From: Ignavibacteria bacterium
GTDB lineage: Bacteria; Bacteroidota; Ignavibacteria; UBA10030; SZUA-254
Assembly (NCBI GenBank): GCA_016178595.1
Contig: JACOSY010000014.1
Coordinates: 4,256 to 68,255 of the forward strand
Length of the DNA: 64,000 nucleotides
Direction of reading: 5' to 3'
Shown here one piece after another: positions 38,671 to 51,300 of this stretch (within the stretch, counting starts at the first letter, position 1; each line of letters starts with the position of its first letter). The notes below the pieces were generated by a model that did not search any database, was not told where the DNA came from, and saw only the letters and a list, made by a program, of their open reading frames with translations. Made by a program: the position numbers and the translations under genes.

Positions 38671-40506
38671 GTGGCTTCTACAATTAAAATACTTTCCCAA
38701 ACGCTTGCTGATAAGATCGCCGCGGGAGAGGTCGTTCAGCGACCGGCCTCGGCCGTAAAGGAGTTGCTCGAAAACTCGATTGATGCAAAAGCCACATCCA
38801 TGACGGTGATCATCACGAACGCGGGAAAATCATCGATACAAGTAATCGATAATGGCATCGGGATGGATCGAGAGGATGCTGAGCTCGCATTTGCCCGGCA
38901 CGCAACGAGTAAAATTGCAACGTACGAAGATCTTGAGAACATACGAACGCTCGGCTTTCGTGGCGAAGCGCTTGCCTCCATTGCTGCGGTTTCTCACGTC
39001 GAGTTACGGACACGCCAGCATACTGCCGACATCGGAACGAAAGTGCGGATCGAAGGCGGCATTCTGCAGGAAATCACAGAAGAGGCCGCTACGCCCGGCA
39101 CGTCGATCAGCCTTCGAAATCTGTTCTATAATACTCCCGGACGACGGAACTTTCTCAAGAGCAATAACACGGAATTTTCACACATCTTTACCGTTATACA
39201 AAGGATAGCATTGTCGCAGGCAAAGCTCGTCATAACGTTTATCAGCGACGACGAAACGATACTGCAAATTAGGTCGATGGATGTTCATGAGCGTTTGAAA
39301 GAAATCTTCGGAGAGAAATTAGCACAATCGGTCTTCTCATTTGATCAGCGGGACGATTTCCTTTCTGTGAATGGATTTCTTGGGAAGCCGGATTTTCTTC
39401 GGAAGACTCGTACCGAGCAATATCTTTTCCTTAATAACCGGTACATCGTCAGTCGAAGCATTAACCATGCGGTTTTCAAAGCATACGAACATTTGTTGGA
39501 AAAGGGAAGCTTTCCATTCTTCATTCTTTTTCTCACCATCGATCCTCATCGAGTCGATGTCAATGTTCACCCATCGAAAATGGAAGTGAAGTTCGAAGAC
39601 GAATCATCGATTTACCGGTATGTGTTCACGACGGTTCGGAAAGCGCTTGCCGCTCATGATCTTGTTCCGATGGTCGGCCTGGATTCACAAACACCGATGG
39701 GCGATCGTCTCGGACTCATATCAACTCATCATTCGGAAACATCTATTCAACGATCCATCGACTGGAGAGAACTGGTCCGGCCACCAGAGCAAGCTGCTGA
39801 GATATCCCGATTACGATCGGCGGTTTCCCGTGGCGATGATGTTATCATGCACGCTGAGAGCGATGAAATATCAGCGTCAACGTCACATGGGGCACCCGGT
39901 TTGTCTCCAGATCAAACAAAGTCTTTCGTGGATTATCGATTCCCACTCTGGCAAGTTCACAACAAGTACATTATTACGCCGATCGAGTCGGGAGTGATGG
40001 TAGTTGACCAGCATGCTGCCCATGAGCGCGTCCTGTATGAACGTACAATTGCACGTTTCAATGAAACGACAACTCAGTCGCAGCAACTGTTGTTCCCTCA
40101 CACGATTGAAATGATGCCCGGCGATGCCGCACTCGTAACACAGCTCCTGCCATTACTTGAAGCGATGGGCTTCAGCCTGAAATTTTTCGGAAAGACAACC
40201 GTTATTCTCGACGGTATCCCGATGGATGTAAAGCCCGGAAAAGAAAAACAAATCCTCCAGGAGATCATTGATCTGTACAAGGAAGATGAGCATAATGTGA
40301 ATCTTGAGCCGCGTGAGAAATTGGCACAGTCGTATTCGTGCAAGGCGGCCATCAAAGCGGGAGATCCACTCAACCAGGCTGAGATGCAAGGCTTGCTCGA
40401 CCAGCTCTTTGCGACCACCATTCCGTATGTCTGTCCTCATGGAAGACCTGTGATCGTAAAGCTCTCTCTTGCCGAACTTGATCGGCGGTTCGGACGTACG
40501 TCGTAG
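38671..40506 (+). CDS. mutL: DNA mismatch repair protein MutL
   Basis: GHKL ATPase motifs (ELLENSIDA, DNGIGM, GFRGEAL). C-terminal dimerisation domain. Confidence 0.9.
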   Translation: MASTIKILSQTLADKIAAGEVVQRPASAVKELLENSIDAKATSMTVIITNAGKSSIQVIDNGIGMDREDAELAFARHATSKIATYEDLENIRTLGFRGEALASIAAVSHVELRTRQHTADIGTKVRIEGGILQEITEEAATPGTSISLRNLFYNTPGRRNFLKSNNTEFSHIFTVIQRIALSQAKLVITFISDDETILQIRSMDVHERLKEIFGEKLAQSVFSFDQRDDFLSVNGFLGKPDFLRKTRTEQYLFLNNRYIVSRSINHAVFKAYEHLLEKGSFPFFILFLTIDPHRVDVNVHPSKMEVKFEDESSIYRYVFTTVRKALAAHDLVPMVGLDSQTPMGDRLGLISTHHSETSIQRSIDWRELVRPPEQAAEISRLRSAVSRGDDVIMHAESDEISASTSHGAPGLSPDQTKSFVDYRFPLWQVHNKYIITPIESGVMVVDQHAAHERVLYERTIARFNETTTQSQQLLFPHTIEMMPGDAALVTQLLPLLEAMGFSLKFFGKTTVILDGIPMDVKPGKEKQILQEIIDLYKEDEHNVNLEPREKLAQSYSCKAAIKAGDPLNQAEMQGLLDQLFATTIPYVCPHGRPVIVKLSLAELDRRFGRTS

Positions 40507-40616
40507 CCGTTTTGTTCCTCAAAAGCACGATGAAACCGGCAAACTGTAGCGGTCCTTGTACCGTGCATCTTGACAATGTGTAGGATCGTCTCTATCTTTA
40601 ATTTTCTATCGCTTCT

Positions 40617-43600
40617 TTGAAGATAGGGATGTGGCGAAAGATGTGTCATAACAGAATATACTTTTGGCTTCTGGTTGCTGTGTTTGCCCCTTCGTTGCTT
40701 ATTGGGCAAACTCCCCGCCACATCAACGTACCTCACGAAAGTATTTCAGAAGCTCCGACGAACGCTCTGCGTATCCCCTTTCGTTATCGATTGCTTGGCC
40801 TGCCATTTGAGCGGACTGATTCTGTATCGACTCCAATACATCTCCGGAATGATTCACTGCCTCAGGAGAATGGGATACGCTCTTTCATGCATGGCAACGC
40901 TCTACCGAATCGCTTCCACCAACAGGATGTTACTCGCGGCAAGGGAACACAGTCGATGCAGGCAGATTCATCGATGACGTCGTCGAATGAATTGACCGTC
41001 GCGTGGGTTCAGCATTACGCTTCTAACCTCGTCTCCTCCTCGGACATTCCGAACGCACTTGCGACCGATCGTTTCAGCAACGTCATTGTCACGGGAGTGA
41101 GCACGGCAACGTTTTCCGATGGAGACTACCTGACCATCAAGTATGATCCGCAAGGGAATCAACTCTGGACTGCCCGTGCAGGAAACCCCTCCGGCGGATA
41201 CAGCGTAGCGACTGCGCTCGCAGTTGACCCACAAGGAAATATCTATGTTACGGGGTTCACCAAGAATCCTAACGTGAATTTCGACATCCTCACCATCAAG
41301 TACGACACCGCTGGACACGAACAATGGCGAGCAACCTATAACGGAGTGGCAGACAGCGATGATATTCCAATAGCAATGGCAGTCGATGCAAGTGGAAGTG
41401 TTTACGTTGCCGGCTACTCATACGACAAAGATTTTGATTATGATTATCTCGTTCTCAAATATACGCCAAATGGGATCGAGGAATGGTCCGATCGCTATAA
41501 CGGGATCGGTAATGGAATTGATATTCCGACAGGGATCGCCGTCGGCAATGGCAACGTTACAGTCACGGGAAATGCAGATGGTGGATCGACCGGTTCAGAT
41601 GTGGTAACCGTGCGATATACTACGGCTGGAGTAAGACAGTGGGTGGCTATATATGCGACAGCAGGGAAAGACCGTGCAAATGCTCTCGTCGTAGACGCAT
41701 TGGGAAACACCTACGTCGTGGGATCCGTGCAGGCCGACGCTTCTCCGACAGATTATCTTCTGGTGAAGTATACTCCTGAAGGTATTGAAGATTGGGTCAC
41801 TACATACAACGGGCCAACCAATCGCAATGACGTTGCCACGGGATTTGCTCTTGGACGAAATGGTGAAGGCTACGTCACTGGATTCAGTGAAGCGGGAAAT
41901 GGATACCCTGACGATGTCACGGAGAGGATTGATCTTCAGACTGGCGCAGCACAGTGGATTCAGCGTTACGATAATCCCTACCATGGCGCTGACATTCCTA
42001 TCGGCATCATAGTTTCTTCGGAGGGTTTGATCTACGTCTCCGGATATTCCAAGTATAACGTTGCCGCAGACTATGACTTTCTCACGCTGAAATACGATAC
42101 GGCGGGGAATCGGTTCTCGGAAGTGCGCTACAACGGTGTGGGAAAAGACGATATTGCTACGTCAATTGCGGCCGATTCGACCGGGAATATCTTTGTCGCT
42201 GGAGCGAGTAACGCTCAAGGCTTGGACTATGCGGTCGTAAAGTATGAAGCAAACTTGTATGGCGGCTGGTTTTCTACTTTTTCCGACGGCGCTGGTACTA
42301 GTGATGCTTCATCAGTTGCAACTGACAAAAGCGGAAACGTCTACGTTGCCGGGCAATCCGGCAATAACTTTATCACGATAAAATATAATCCGAGAGGCGA
42401 GAGGCAATGGGTTTCGCAGCTCCCGCAGATTCGGGGCGCTGCAACGGCGTTGAAGCTCGATTCCATTGGTCAACCATGCGTTGCCGGCTACGCTATCGAC
42501 ACTATGACGGGGTACCATGACTTCATCACGGCAAAACTCGACACGAACGGATCACTCCTGTGGAAAGACATTTACCGCGGCCCGTATGGTCGTAATGACG
42601 ACATAGTTGCGATGGCGATTGATGGGCAAGGGAATGTCTATGTGACCGGCCGGAGTTTCAGCACGGTAACCGGCAACGATTTTGTCACGATTAAATATGG
42701 CCCTGATGGTCAGACATTATGGATCGATATTTTTAATGGCGAGCTTGACCTTGATGATGAGCCTGCCGCGATTGTCGTTGATCCCATGCAGAATGTTATT
42801 GTAGTCGGAACCAGCATCCGCTCGCTTACATCCTCTGATTTTACAACGATCAAGTACAACCCCCAAGGGTATCGGCAGTGGATTGAATATGCCGACGGGA
42901 CAGGAAATGGCGTGGATCGTGCGAAAGCCGTATGCGTCGATAGCCAAGGAAACGTGATTGTTACTGGTCGAAGTTTGGGAATAGGATCAGGACCGGACTA
43001 CCTGACCGTCAAATACTCTCCATCGGGTGCTGAGAGGTGGCGAGCACGATTAACCAGAGGCCTCCAAACAGTCGATGAGCCGACTGCGATTGTCTCAGAT
43101 AGAATGGGGAGGATATACGTCACTGGCTTGAGCTACGAAAACTATACGAGCATCGACTACGGCACGGTCCAGTACGGTGCATCCGGTACGGAATTATGGC
43201 GATCATTCTATAACGGTCCTGCGAACGGTGTAGATTACCCGGTAGGACTTGTGCTGGATGCGAGCGGGAATATCTACGTGACAGGAACAAGCTTGGCTTC
43301 CGGATCGTCGACCGATATCGCGACAGTCAAGTATTCGAATGCCGGAAAAGAGCTTTTAGTTGATCGCTTCAATGGATTTGCCAGCTTAAACGACGCAGCA
43401 CATGCTATGACAATTGATACCGCGGGGAACGTTTACATCGCAGGAAATTCTGCAGATCAGGATGGTCGTTTGCAGGCATTGTTGATTAAGTTCGGTCGCC
43501 CGATTCAAGAGTCATGGCCCGTCCGCTATGATGGCCCCGGAGTGAGCATTGATCGAGTAAGCAATCTCGCTGTGGATTCTTCGGGTAATGTCTTTATCTC

Positions 43601-45113
43601 CGGACAAAGCACTCATAGCAACGCATCATCGTATGTCTGGACGATCAAATATAATCCACAGGGATCCGTGCTCTGGAATTCCTTGTCGACCGGTTCGGAC
43701 GAATGGCTGGGATCGCCGCGTGCCATCGCAGTCGACAAGAGTGGGTCGGCAATTGTCACCGGACTTTCCTATGCCTCGTTTAACGCGAGTTCCTATCGCA
43801 CGGTCAAGTACGATCCAAATGGAGCGCAAGAGTGGTCGCAATTATATGGCGGCAGCAGCTACAACTTCGCGGTAGCAAATGTCGTTGACGACAGTTCGTC
43901 GGTTTACGTCACTGGATATAGTGACAACGCTACAACGCATTATGATTTTGCAACATTGAAATATTCTTCGGATGGAATACAGAAGTTGGTTTCACGTTTC
44001 AATGGTCCGAACAATAACCCTGACGATCTCGTCTATGCGATGAAGCTTGATGCCCAAAAAAATGTCTATCTAACGGGACTTACATTTGACGCTACTACAG
44101 GAGGGGATTACGCCACCGTGAAATATGCACCGGATGGAACGCAATCCTGGGCATCGTACTATAACGGACCTGTCCATAGTGATGATCGTGCCCGTGACCT
44201 CAGCGTCGATTCACATGGCAATGTGTATGTTACGGGATGGAGTGTCGGTCCGGACTCGAGCTATGACTATTTGACTATCAAATATGATTCTGTGGGCGCA
44301 GAACAATGGATAGCACGTTATCACGGCCAACAGAGCGAAGAAGACCAGGCAACATCGATTGTCCTTGATAGCATCGGAAATGTCTACGTAACCGGATACA
44401 GCACCCCACCGCCATACATCAGCAGTGATATTATCACCGTGAAGTACGACTCGCTAGGTGTAGAACAGTGGGAACGTCGGTATGATGGTGAAGCGCACGA
44501 AGTTGACATTGCGAACGCGATGTTGATTGATCGCTCCGGATACATCTGCATTGCCGGTCAAAGCACGGCATCCGACGGTGTTCTTGAATCTTTAGTGCTT
44601 ATGTATGACGCAGAAGGTGTACTACGCTGGGTTGGTCGGTACCGGCTGCCGGGAAGTCTCACAAACGAAGCCAGGAAAATGGTTCTCGATGGACGTGGCA
44701 ATCTTTTTGTAACAGGAACATCAGCCGGAGTTGCATGGAGTGTGAGCACGACGATCAAATACAGTCACTCGATATCGAGTGCCGTCAGTAGCGATGCTTC
44801 GGTTGGGATGCATGACTTTGCGTTGCTTCGTAATTATCCGAATCCATTCAATCCGTCCGCAACGATTGAAGTTACTCTTGCTGGATTTGCCTTCCTGACC
44901 CTCAAAGTTTACAATATGCTCGGCCAAGAGATTGCGACATTGGCATCGCATGAGCGAGTGAGTGGCGGAGTGCATTACATAAAATTCGAAGGGATGAACC
45001 TGCCTTCAGGTGTCTATCTTTGCCGGATGAGCGCAGAGCCTATGTATTCTTCCGGCAATAAGGTCGACGGGCGTATGTTTACTGCAACAACTAAGATGCT
45101 CCTGCTTCGTTAA
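40617..45113 (+). CDS. Giant secreted SBBP beta-propeller-repeat protein with T9SS C-terminal domain
   Basis: More than 20 copies of a ~50-aa repeat (D.A.A.A.D..GN.YVTG.S....DY.T.KY...G). C-terminal CTD NYPNPFNPS...KVYNMLGQE...GVYLCRM. Confidence 0.85.
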   Translation: MKIGMWRKMCHNRIYFWLLVAVFAPSLLIGQTPRHINVPHESISEAPTNALRIPFRYRLLGLPFERTDSVSTPIHLRNDSLPQENGIRSFMHGNALPNRFHQQDVTRGKGTQSMQADSSMTSSNELTVAWVQHYASNLVSSSDIPNALATDRFSNVIVTGVSTATFSDGDYLTIKYDPQGNQLWTARAGNPSGGYSVATALAVDPQGNIYVTGFTKNPNVNFDILTIKYDTAGHEQWRATYNGVADSDDIPIAMAVDASGSVYVAGYSYDKDFDYDYLVLKYTPNGIEEWSDRYNGIGNGIDIPTGIAVGNGNVTVTGNADGGSTGSDVVTVRYTTAGVRQWVAIYATAGKDRANALVVDALGNTYVVGSVQADASPTDYLLVKYTPEGIEDWVTTYNGPTNRNDVATGFALGRNGEGYVTGFSEAGNGYPDDVTERIDLQTGAAQWIQRYDNPYHGADIPIGIIVSSEGLIYVSGYSKYNVAADYDFLTLKYDTAGNRFSEVRYNGVGKDDIATSIAADSTGNIFVAGASNAQGLDYAVVKYEANLYGGWFSTFSDGAGTSDASSVATDKSGNVYVAGQSGNNFITIKYNPRGERQWVSQLPQIRGAATALKLDSIGQPCVAGYAIDTMTGYHDFITAKLDTNGSLLWKDIYRGPYGRNDDIVAMAIDGQGNVYVTGRSFSTVTGNDFVTIKYGPDGQTLWIDIFNGELDLDDEPAAIVVDPMQNVIVVGTSIRSLTSSDFTTIKYNPQGYRQWIEYADGTGNGVDRAKAVCVDSQGNVIVTGRSLGIGSGPDYLTVKYSPSGAERWRARLTRGLQTVDEPTAIVSDRMGRIYVTGLSYENYTSIDYGTVQYGASGTELWRSFYNGPANGVDYPVGLVLDASGNIYVTGTSLASGSSTDIATVKYSNAGKELLVDRFNGFASLNDAAHAMTIDTAGNVYIAGNSADQDGRLQALLIKFGRPIQESWPVRYDGPGVSIDRVSNLAVDSSGNVFISGQSTHSNASSYVWTIKYNPQGSVLWNSLSTGSDEWLGSPRAIAVDKSGSAIVTGLSYASFNASSYRTVKYDPNGAQEWSQLYGGSSYNFAVANVVDDSSSVYVTGYSDNATTHYDFATLKYSSDGIQKLVSRFNGPNNNPDDLVYAMKLDAQKNVYLTGLTFDATTGGDYATVKYAPDGTQSWASYYNGPVHSDDRARDLSVDSHGNVYVTGWSVGPDSSYDYLTIKYDSVGAEQWIARYHGQQSEEDQATSIVLDSIGNVYVTGYSTPPPYISSDIITVKYDSLGVEQWERRYDGEAHEVDIANAMLIDRSGYICIAGQSTASDGVLESLVLMYDAEGVLRWVGRYRLPGSLTNEARKMVLDGRGNLFVTGTSAGVAWSVSTTIKYSHSISSAVSSDASVGMHDFALLRNYPNPFNPSATIEVTLAGFAFLTLKVYNMLGQEIATLASHERVSGGVHYIKFEGMNLPSGVYLCRMSAEPMYSSGNKVDGRMFTATTKMLLLR

Positions 45114-45338
45114 GTGTCTGAACTATCCGATTCGTGCCTTCCCTAAGAGTTCCATTAGATTGTATTAAGAAAGCGGAGTAGTTTCTTCATTGATCCTTGG
45201 AGTTGATGAGATTGCATTTCCTGGGAGGAAAAACTCTTGATTGTCGCTCATATCTTGCGTATCTTTACTTCTATCAGAACTTCAGACAAGACTGTTTGGC
45301 AGAAACAACTATCTTCAACTCATTATGATGGATTGTCC

Positions 45339-48300
45339 ATGATGGCTTTTTGCTACCGAAGGTTATGCATACTCTGCGCGTTCATCGTTATTTTTCTAAT
45401 GACAATCTGTACTTACGCGCAGAACTCATCGGAAGAAATCATTGGTACCCCATGGATTGGTGGGCGAGGAGTTGCTCTCAGCACAAGCGAGATCATGGCA
45501 AGGGCACGAGAACTCAATGCGCGAGGCGTACAACAACCTGTGAGGAAACACCCTGAACATGAGGTTGACCGAAAACACCTGCCATTAAATCCTTTTTCAC
45601 CCAATGTCTCACAGTGGCCGCCAAGACCAATTGAACAAAAATCCACTCAGGAGTCGGGTGTTCTTGCTCCTCAGACACTTTCTACTAATTTTACAGGAGT
45701 GACACTTGCAGATGCCGGCGCCTTCCCTCCGGATGGCATGGGGGCAATCGGTCCGACCCAATTCATAGTGGATGTCAATGGAAGAATTCGATCATTCGAT
45801 AAGAGTACGGGAATTGCCGATGGTGTTCTGGATGTTAACACGGACGTCTTCTTTTCTTCTGTAATGACACCGCCCCTCGCTACGAACTTCACATCGGATC
45901 CTCGTATACGCTACGATCGACTCTCCGGTCAATGGATGGCCATCATGATCGATGTTCCGGGGGGGAGTGGAACGCAGCCCAACCGTATCCTTCTTGCCGT
46001 GAGCAACACAAGCACAATCACGCTTAGCACGGTGTGGACGTATTTTTACTTTCGACAAGATTCCGTTCTACCCTTAGGCAATGCCAATCAATTCGCCGAT
46101 TATCCTACTCTCGGTATCGATAATAACGCGTTGTACATTGGTTGTAACATGTTTAACTCTTCTGGCGCTTTCACGGGTACAACTGGCTTTGTCGTGCGCA
46201 AAAGTTCTATTCTTGGTGCAGGCCCAATTGTTGTTACAGCGTTCCGTGGACTTGTCTCATCTGCGTCTGCTGCAGGGCCGTACACTCCACAAGGAGTCGA
46301 TAACTTTGACCCTTCGGCGACGGAGGGATACTTCATTGGTGTCGACAACGCAACTTTTGGAACTCTGATGCTGCGGAGAGTATCGAATCCAGGAACAACA
46401 CCATCGATCTCATCCAACATCTCATTGACGGTTCTCACAACGACGTTCCCTGTAACTGTTCCTCACCTCGGCAATACGCAAGGAACAAGCGGTGAGTTGG
46501 ATGCACTCGATGATCGTCTCTTTGCAGCCGTCATCAGGAACGGACATCTATGGACGGCGCACAACATTCGTGTATCGAACACCGGTAGTGTATCCGGAAC
46601 CACGAGTCGCGATGCCGCTCGCTGGTACGACATCACGAATCTTGGTACAACACCATCTCTTACGCAATCCGGAACCGTTTACGCGGCCACCGCTGCGAAC
46701 GATACGCTCCAGCGGAACTACTGGATTCCTTCGGTCATGGTTTCGGGACAAGGGCATGTTGCATTGGGATTTAGCACTGCGGGAGTGAGCGAACATGCGA
46801 ACGCGGGGACGGTTGGCCGGCTTTCGGGCGATGCTACTGGTACGATGCAGACTCCACTGCTATACACTGCAAGCTCGACTGCTTATAATCCGTCAAGCGA
46901 TCCTGGTGGTACCAGCGGGCGACGATGGGGCGACTACTCATATACGAGCCTCGATCCGAGTGATGATATGACGATGTGGACCATTCAAGAGTTTTGTGAC
47001 GCAACGAACTCATGGGGTTGCCGAGTTGCCAAGCTGCTTGCGCCACTCCCGGCAACTCCTTCAGCCACGGCGCCATCAAGCATTACGACCGGGACGACGG
47101 TGAACGTAACCGTGACGGGAACGTCTGCAAGCGGCTCGGGCTTCTTTGATCCAGGCACGGGATTCACCAATCGTCTTGCGGCAAGTGTCAATGGGGGAGG
47201 AGTCACGGTCAACAGTGTTACCTACACAAATCCAACAAGTCTAACACTCAACATCACAGTTGCAAGCAACGCAACGGCCGGTGGGCGAACGATCACGGCG
47301 ACAAATCCTGATGGTCAATCAGCAACAAGTACATCGGCAATCCTCACCATCAATTCAGGAAGTTGTCCGACGATTACGCTTTCCCCAACGACAGTGCCGA
47401 ATGGAACGGTCGGAACCTCCTACAACCAAACAATCACGGCGAGTGGTGGAACTTCACCATATACATTCGCCGTAACGAGTGGGTCACTTCCAGCGGGTTT
47501 ATCGTTATCATCGGGAGGTGTCATCTCCGGTACTCCGACCACAGCGGGAAATTCGAACTTTACGATCACTGCTACCGATGGAAGCGGAAATAATTGTACG
47601 GGTAGCCAGTCATATTCACTAACAATAAATGCAGCAGTGGTCACCGACATTGCACTCACCTCTCTTGGCTCGACCTACGCGCAGGACTTCAACACGCTGG
47701 CTTCGTCCGGTTCTTCCAATACCTGGACAGACAACTCGACCATTCCCGGGTGGTTTGCTTCGACAACCACCTATGCTGCATCTACCGGATCTTCAACAAC
47801 AGGCGCTTTGTACAGTTTCGGATCGTCTGGCAGTACAGAGAGAGCTCTCGGCTCACTTGTCACCAATGGGACCGGGGAAATCTCGTATGGAGCCCGTTTT
47901 GTGAATCAGACGGGATCGACCATTACGTCTCTTGCGATAAGTTATACCGGGGAACAGTGGCGTAATAATGGGAACACAACAGCTCAAACACTCGCGTTTC
48001 AATACCAAGTGGCAAATGCAGGAGTGCTGACGTCAATCACGAGCGGTACCTGGACGAATTTTTCGTCGCTCGATTTCACCAGTCCGATTCATACATCCAG
48101 TGCGAGCTCCCTCGACGGAAATAGTGCTGCGAATCGTACCGCCCTGTCGGCAACTCTAAGCGTTACGGCGGCGAATGGGCAGGAAGTTTGGGTACGATGG
48201 AGAGATGTAAACGATGCCGGAAACGATCATGGACTTGCTGTCGATGATTTCTCTCTAACGCCCAATGGAGTTTCTCCAACAAACCCCGCTGTTGTTGGTG

Positions 48301-51300
48301 CGGCGAATCCCTCAACAGTCACGGCGGGTAACACCACGTTGCTGACGGGAACGGTTACACCGGGTACAAACCCCTCAAGCACAGGCCTTGCCGTCACCGG
48401 AGACCTCAGTTCCATTGGCGGTTCAGCGACACAGCAATTTTATGACGACGCAACACACGGCGATGTGACGTCGGGAGATAATATGTTCTCCTTCTCCGCC
48501 ACCGTCGCACTGGCAACAACCGCAGGAGCTAAAACATTGCCATTGACGGTTACTGATGTGCAGTCCCGCAACGGAAGCGGATCTATTTCGCTGACAGTTA
48601 CCTCGCCGTCATGCCCAACAATTACGCTATCGCCCTCCACGTTGCCGAATGGAACAGTGGGGACAGCTTATAATCAAACCATCACGGCGAGCGGAGGAAC
48701 ATCACCCTATACCTTCGCGGTTACTGTTGGAACACTGCCTGCAGGTCTATCATTGTCCACCGGCGGCATTCTCTCGGGAACGCCAACGACGTCTGGGACA
48801 TCAAACTTCACCGTCACGGCAACTGATGCGAATACATGCACGGGCTTACAAGCATACTCATTGATAATTGATGCCGCTCCTCCTTCCGGCTCAATCAGTT
48901 TAACGGCGCTCGGTTCACCGTATACACAGGATTTTAACACGCTCGCGAACACCGGAACCTCGAGCACGGTGCCGACCGGCTGGGCATTCAGTGAAGCAGG
49001 GGCGAATGCAAATGGGGTATACTCGGCAGGCACAGGTTCTTCGACTAGCGGAGATACATGGAGTTTCGGTCCGACGTCGTCATCTGAACGAGCGTTCGGA
49101 GGTCTCCAGAGCGGATCTCTGAACCCAACGATCGGTGCGAATTTTACGAACAATACCGGCTCGACAATTGTCAGTCTCGCGATCTCGTATGCGGGAGAAG
49201 AGTGGCGGCTTGGCACGCGGAGCCGCTTTGATTCCTTGCGGTTCCAATTAAGCATCAATGCGACAAGTCTTACCACAGGAACATGGACGGCATACGGTGT
49301 GCTTGATCTCCGGACTCCGGATACATCGGGCGCAGCGGGATCAAGAGATGGCAACACAATTCGTTCGACGATTAGCTCGACAATCAGCGGCTTCTCTATT
49401 TCCAACGGCTCTACATTTTGGATTCGTTGGACAGATGTGGATGCAACGGGTTCAGATGATGGATTAGCCGTCGATGATTTCTCGCTAACTCCGAATGGTG
49501 CTTCACCGACAAATCCATCGGGTACCGGCGCCGCGAATCCCTCGACGGTCGCTGCCGGTAACTCCGCACTTCTCACGGTTACCGTTGCACCGGGAACGAA
49601 TCCTGCCAGTACTGGTTTGACAGTGACAGGAGATTTGAGCTCGATTGGCGGTTCGGCAACACAGCAATTCTTTGACGACGGATCTCACGGCGATGTCACG
49701 ACAGGTGATAATGTCTTCTCATTCCAGGCTACTGTTACAGTGGGAACAACAGCTGGAGCGAAGACGCTCTCGATCTCGATAGGAGATGCACAATCACGAA
49801 GCGGCTCCACAACCATCAGTCTCACCGTTCAGACTACCTGTCCTACAATTACACTGACTGCCCCACCACTTGCAAGCGGAACGGTGGGAGTAGCATACAA
49901 CCAACTCATCCAGGCAAGTGGCGGAACCGCACCGTATAGTTTTGCAAAGACAAGCGGTACATTACCGGCCGGTCTCACTCTCAATGCAAATGGCTCACTC
50001 ACGGGAACGCCAACCGCGGCTGGCGCTCCTTCATCTACAATCACAGCCACTGATTCGCTTGGATGCACGGGGAATAATTCCTATACAATAACCATTTCGT
50101 GCCCGACGATCGCACTTTCACCATCGTCGCTTCCCGATGGAAGTGTCGGTTCATCGTACAATCAAACGCTTAGCGCGAGTGGAGGGAGGTCGCCGTATTC
50201 GTTTGCGGTTACGTCCGGACTACTTCCGGGAGGAATGACACTTTCTTCCAGTGGCACACTCAGTGGGATTGCAAGCGCGTCGGGGAATTTCAGCTTCACG
50301 GTAACTGCGACCGACTCCTTCGGATGTATGGGCAGTCAGACATACACAATTATTATGAGTTGCCCATCGATTACAGTATCGCCTTCATCATTGCCGGGCG
50401 CAACGAACGGTACACCTTACAGTCAGCTCGTAACCGCAACTGGTGGTACGACTCCCTATACCTTCTCAGTGACAAGCGGATCATTGCCGACTGGAATTTC
50501 GCTCTCGAGTGCAGGTAGCTTGTCAGGAACACCAACTGTGACCGGCAGCTTTGACTTTACAATTCGAGCAATCGATAGTTCTGGATGTACAGGAACACGG
50601 CAGTATAGCATCATTGTTTCTTCTCCCGGGTGTCCGACAATTACACTCTCACCTTCGATTCTGCCGGATGGGACCAGTGGCACTGCATACAATCATCTCA
50701 TCACTGCGAGTGGTGGTGCAGCGCCGTATTCCTTTGGAGTATTAAGTGGTAGTCTGCCTCCGGGCATTAGCCTGTCGACTTCAGGAAACTTATCGGGGAT
50801 CCCAACGGCAAGTGGAGATTACAGTTTCACTATCAGCGCAACTGATAACTTAGGATGTGTCGGAACGCGAGGGTATAATCTCGCAGTCGCTCAAGGTTGT
50901 CCAATCATTGTGGTAGCCCCAACGACGATCCCCAATGGAATTGTCGGAGTTGCATACGCAGAGACACTGTCGGCAAGTGGAGGTATTGCACCGTATGTGT
51001 ATTCGCTTGGAAGCGGAAGTATTCCCGGTGGTCTCACTCTTTCATCAACAGGAATACTCTCTGGTACGCCAAACGGAGTGGATAGTACGAGTTTCACAGT
51101 AGCGGTAATCGACATGAATGGTTGTCCGGGTACGAAGCAATATTCGATCAAGATACTGCCGAATCCTCTGACTTCAATATCCGTGTCTGTCAAAGATCGA
51201 TGGAACCTGGTCTCAAATCCTCTGAAGACGAATAACGACTCAGTGGCCTTTCTCTTTGCCGGTGCAACGAGTCAGGCATTCGCTAATATTCCCGGATCCG

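Noticed and set aside
48707-49576. 289-aa minus-strand ORF inside the giant T9SS gene
   Set aside because: Antisense shadow of a repeat-rich Thr/Ser/Gly coding region. The plus-strand reading frame is continuous for 7 kb.
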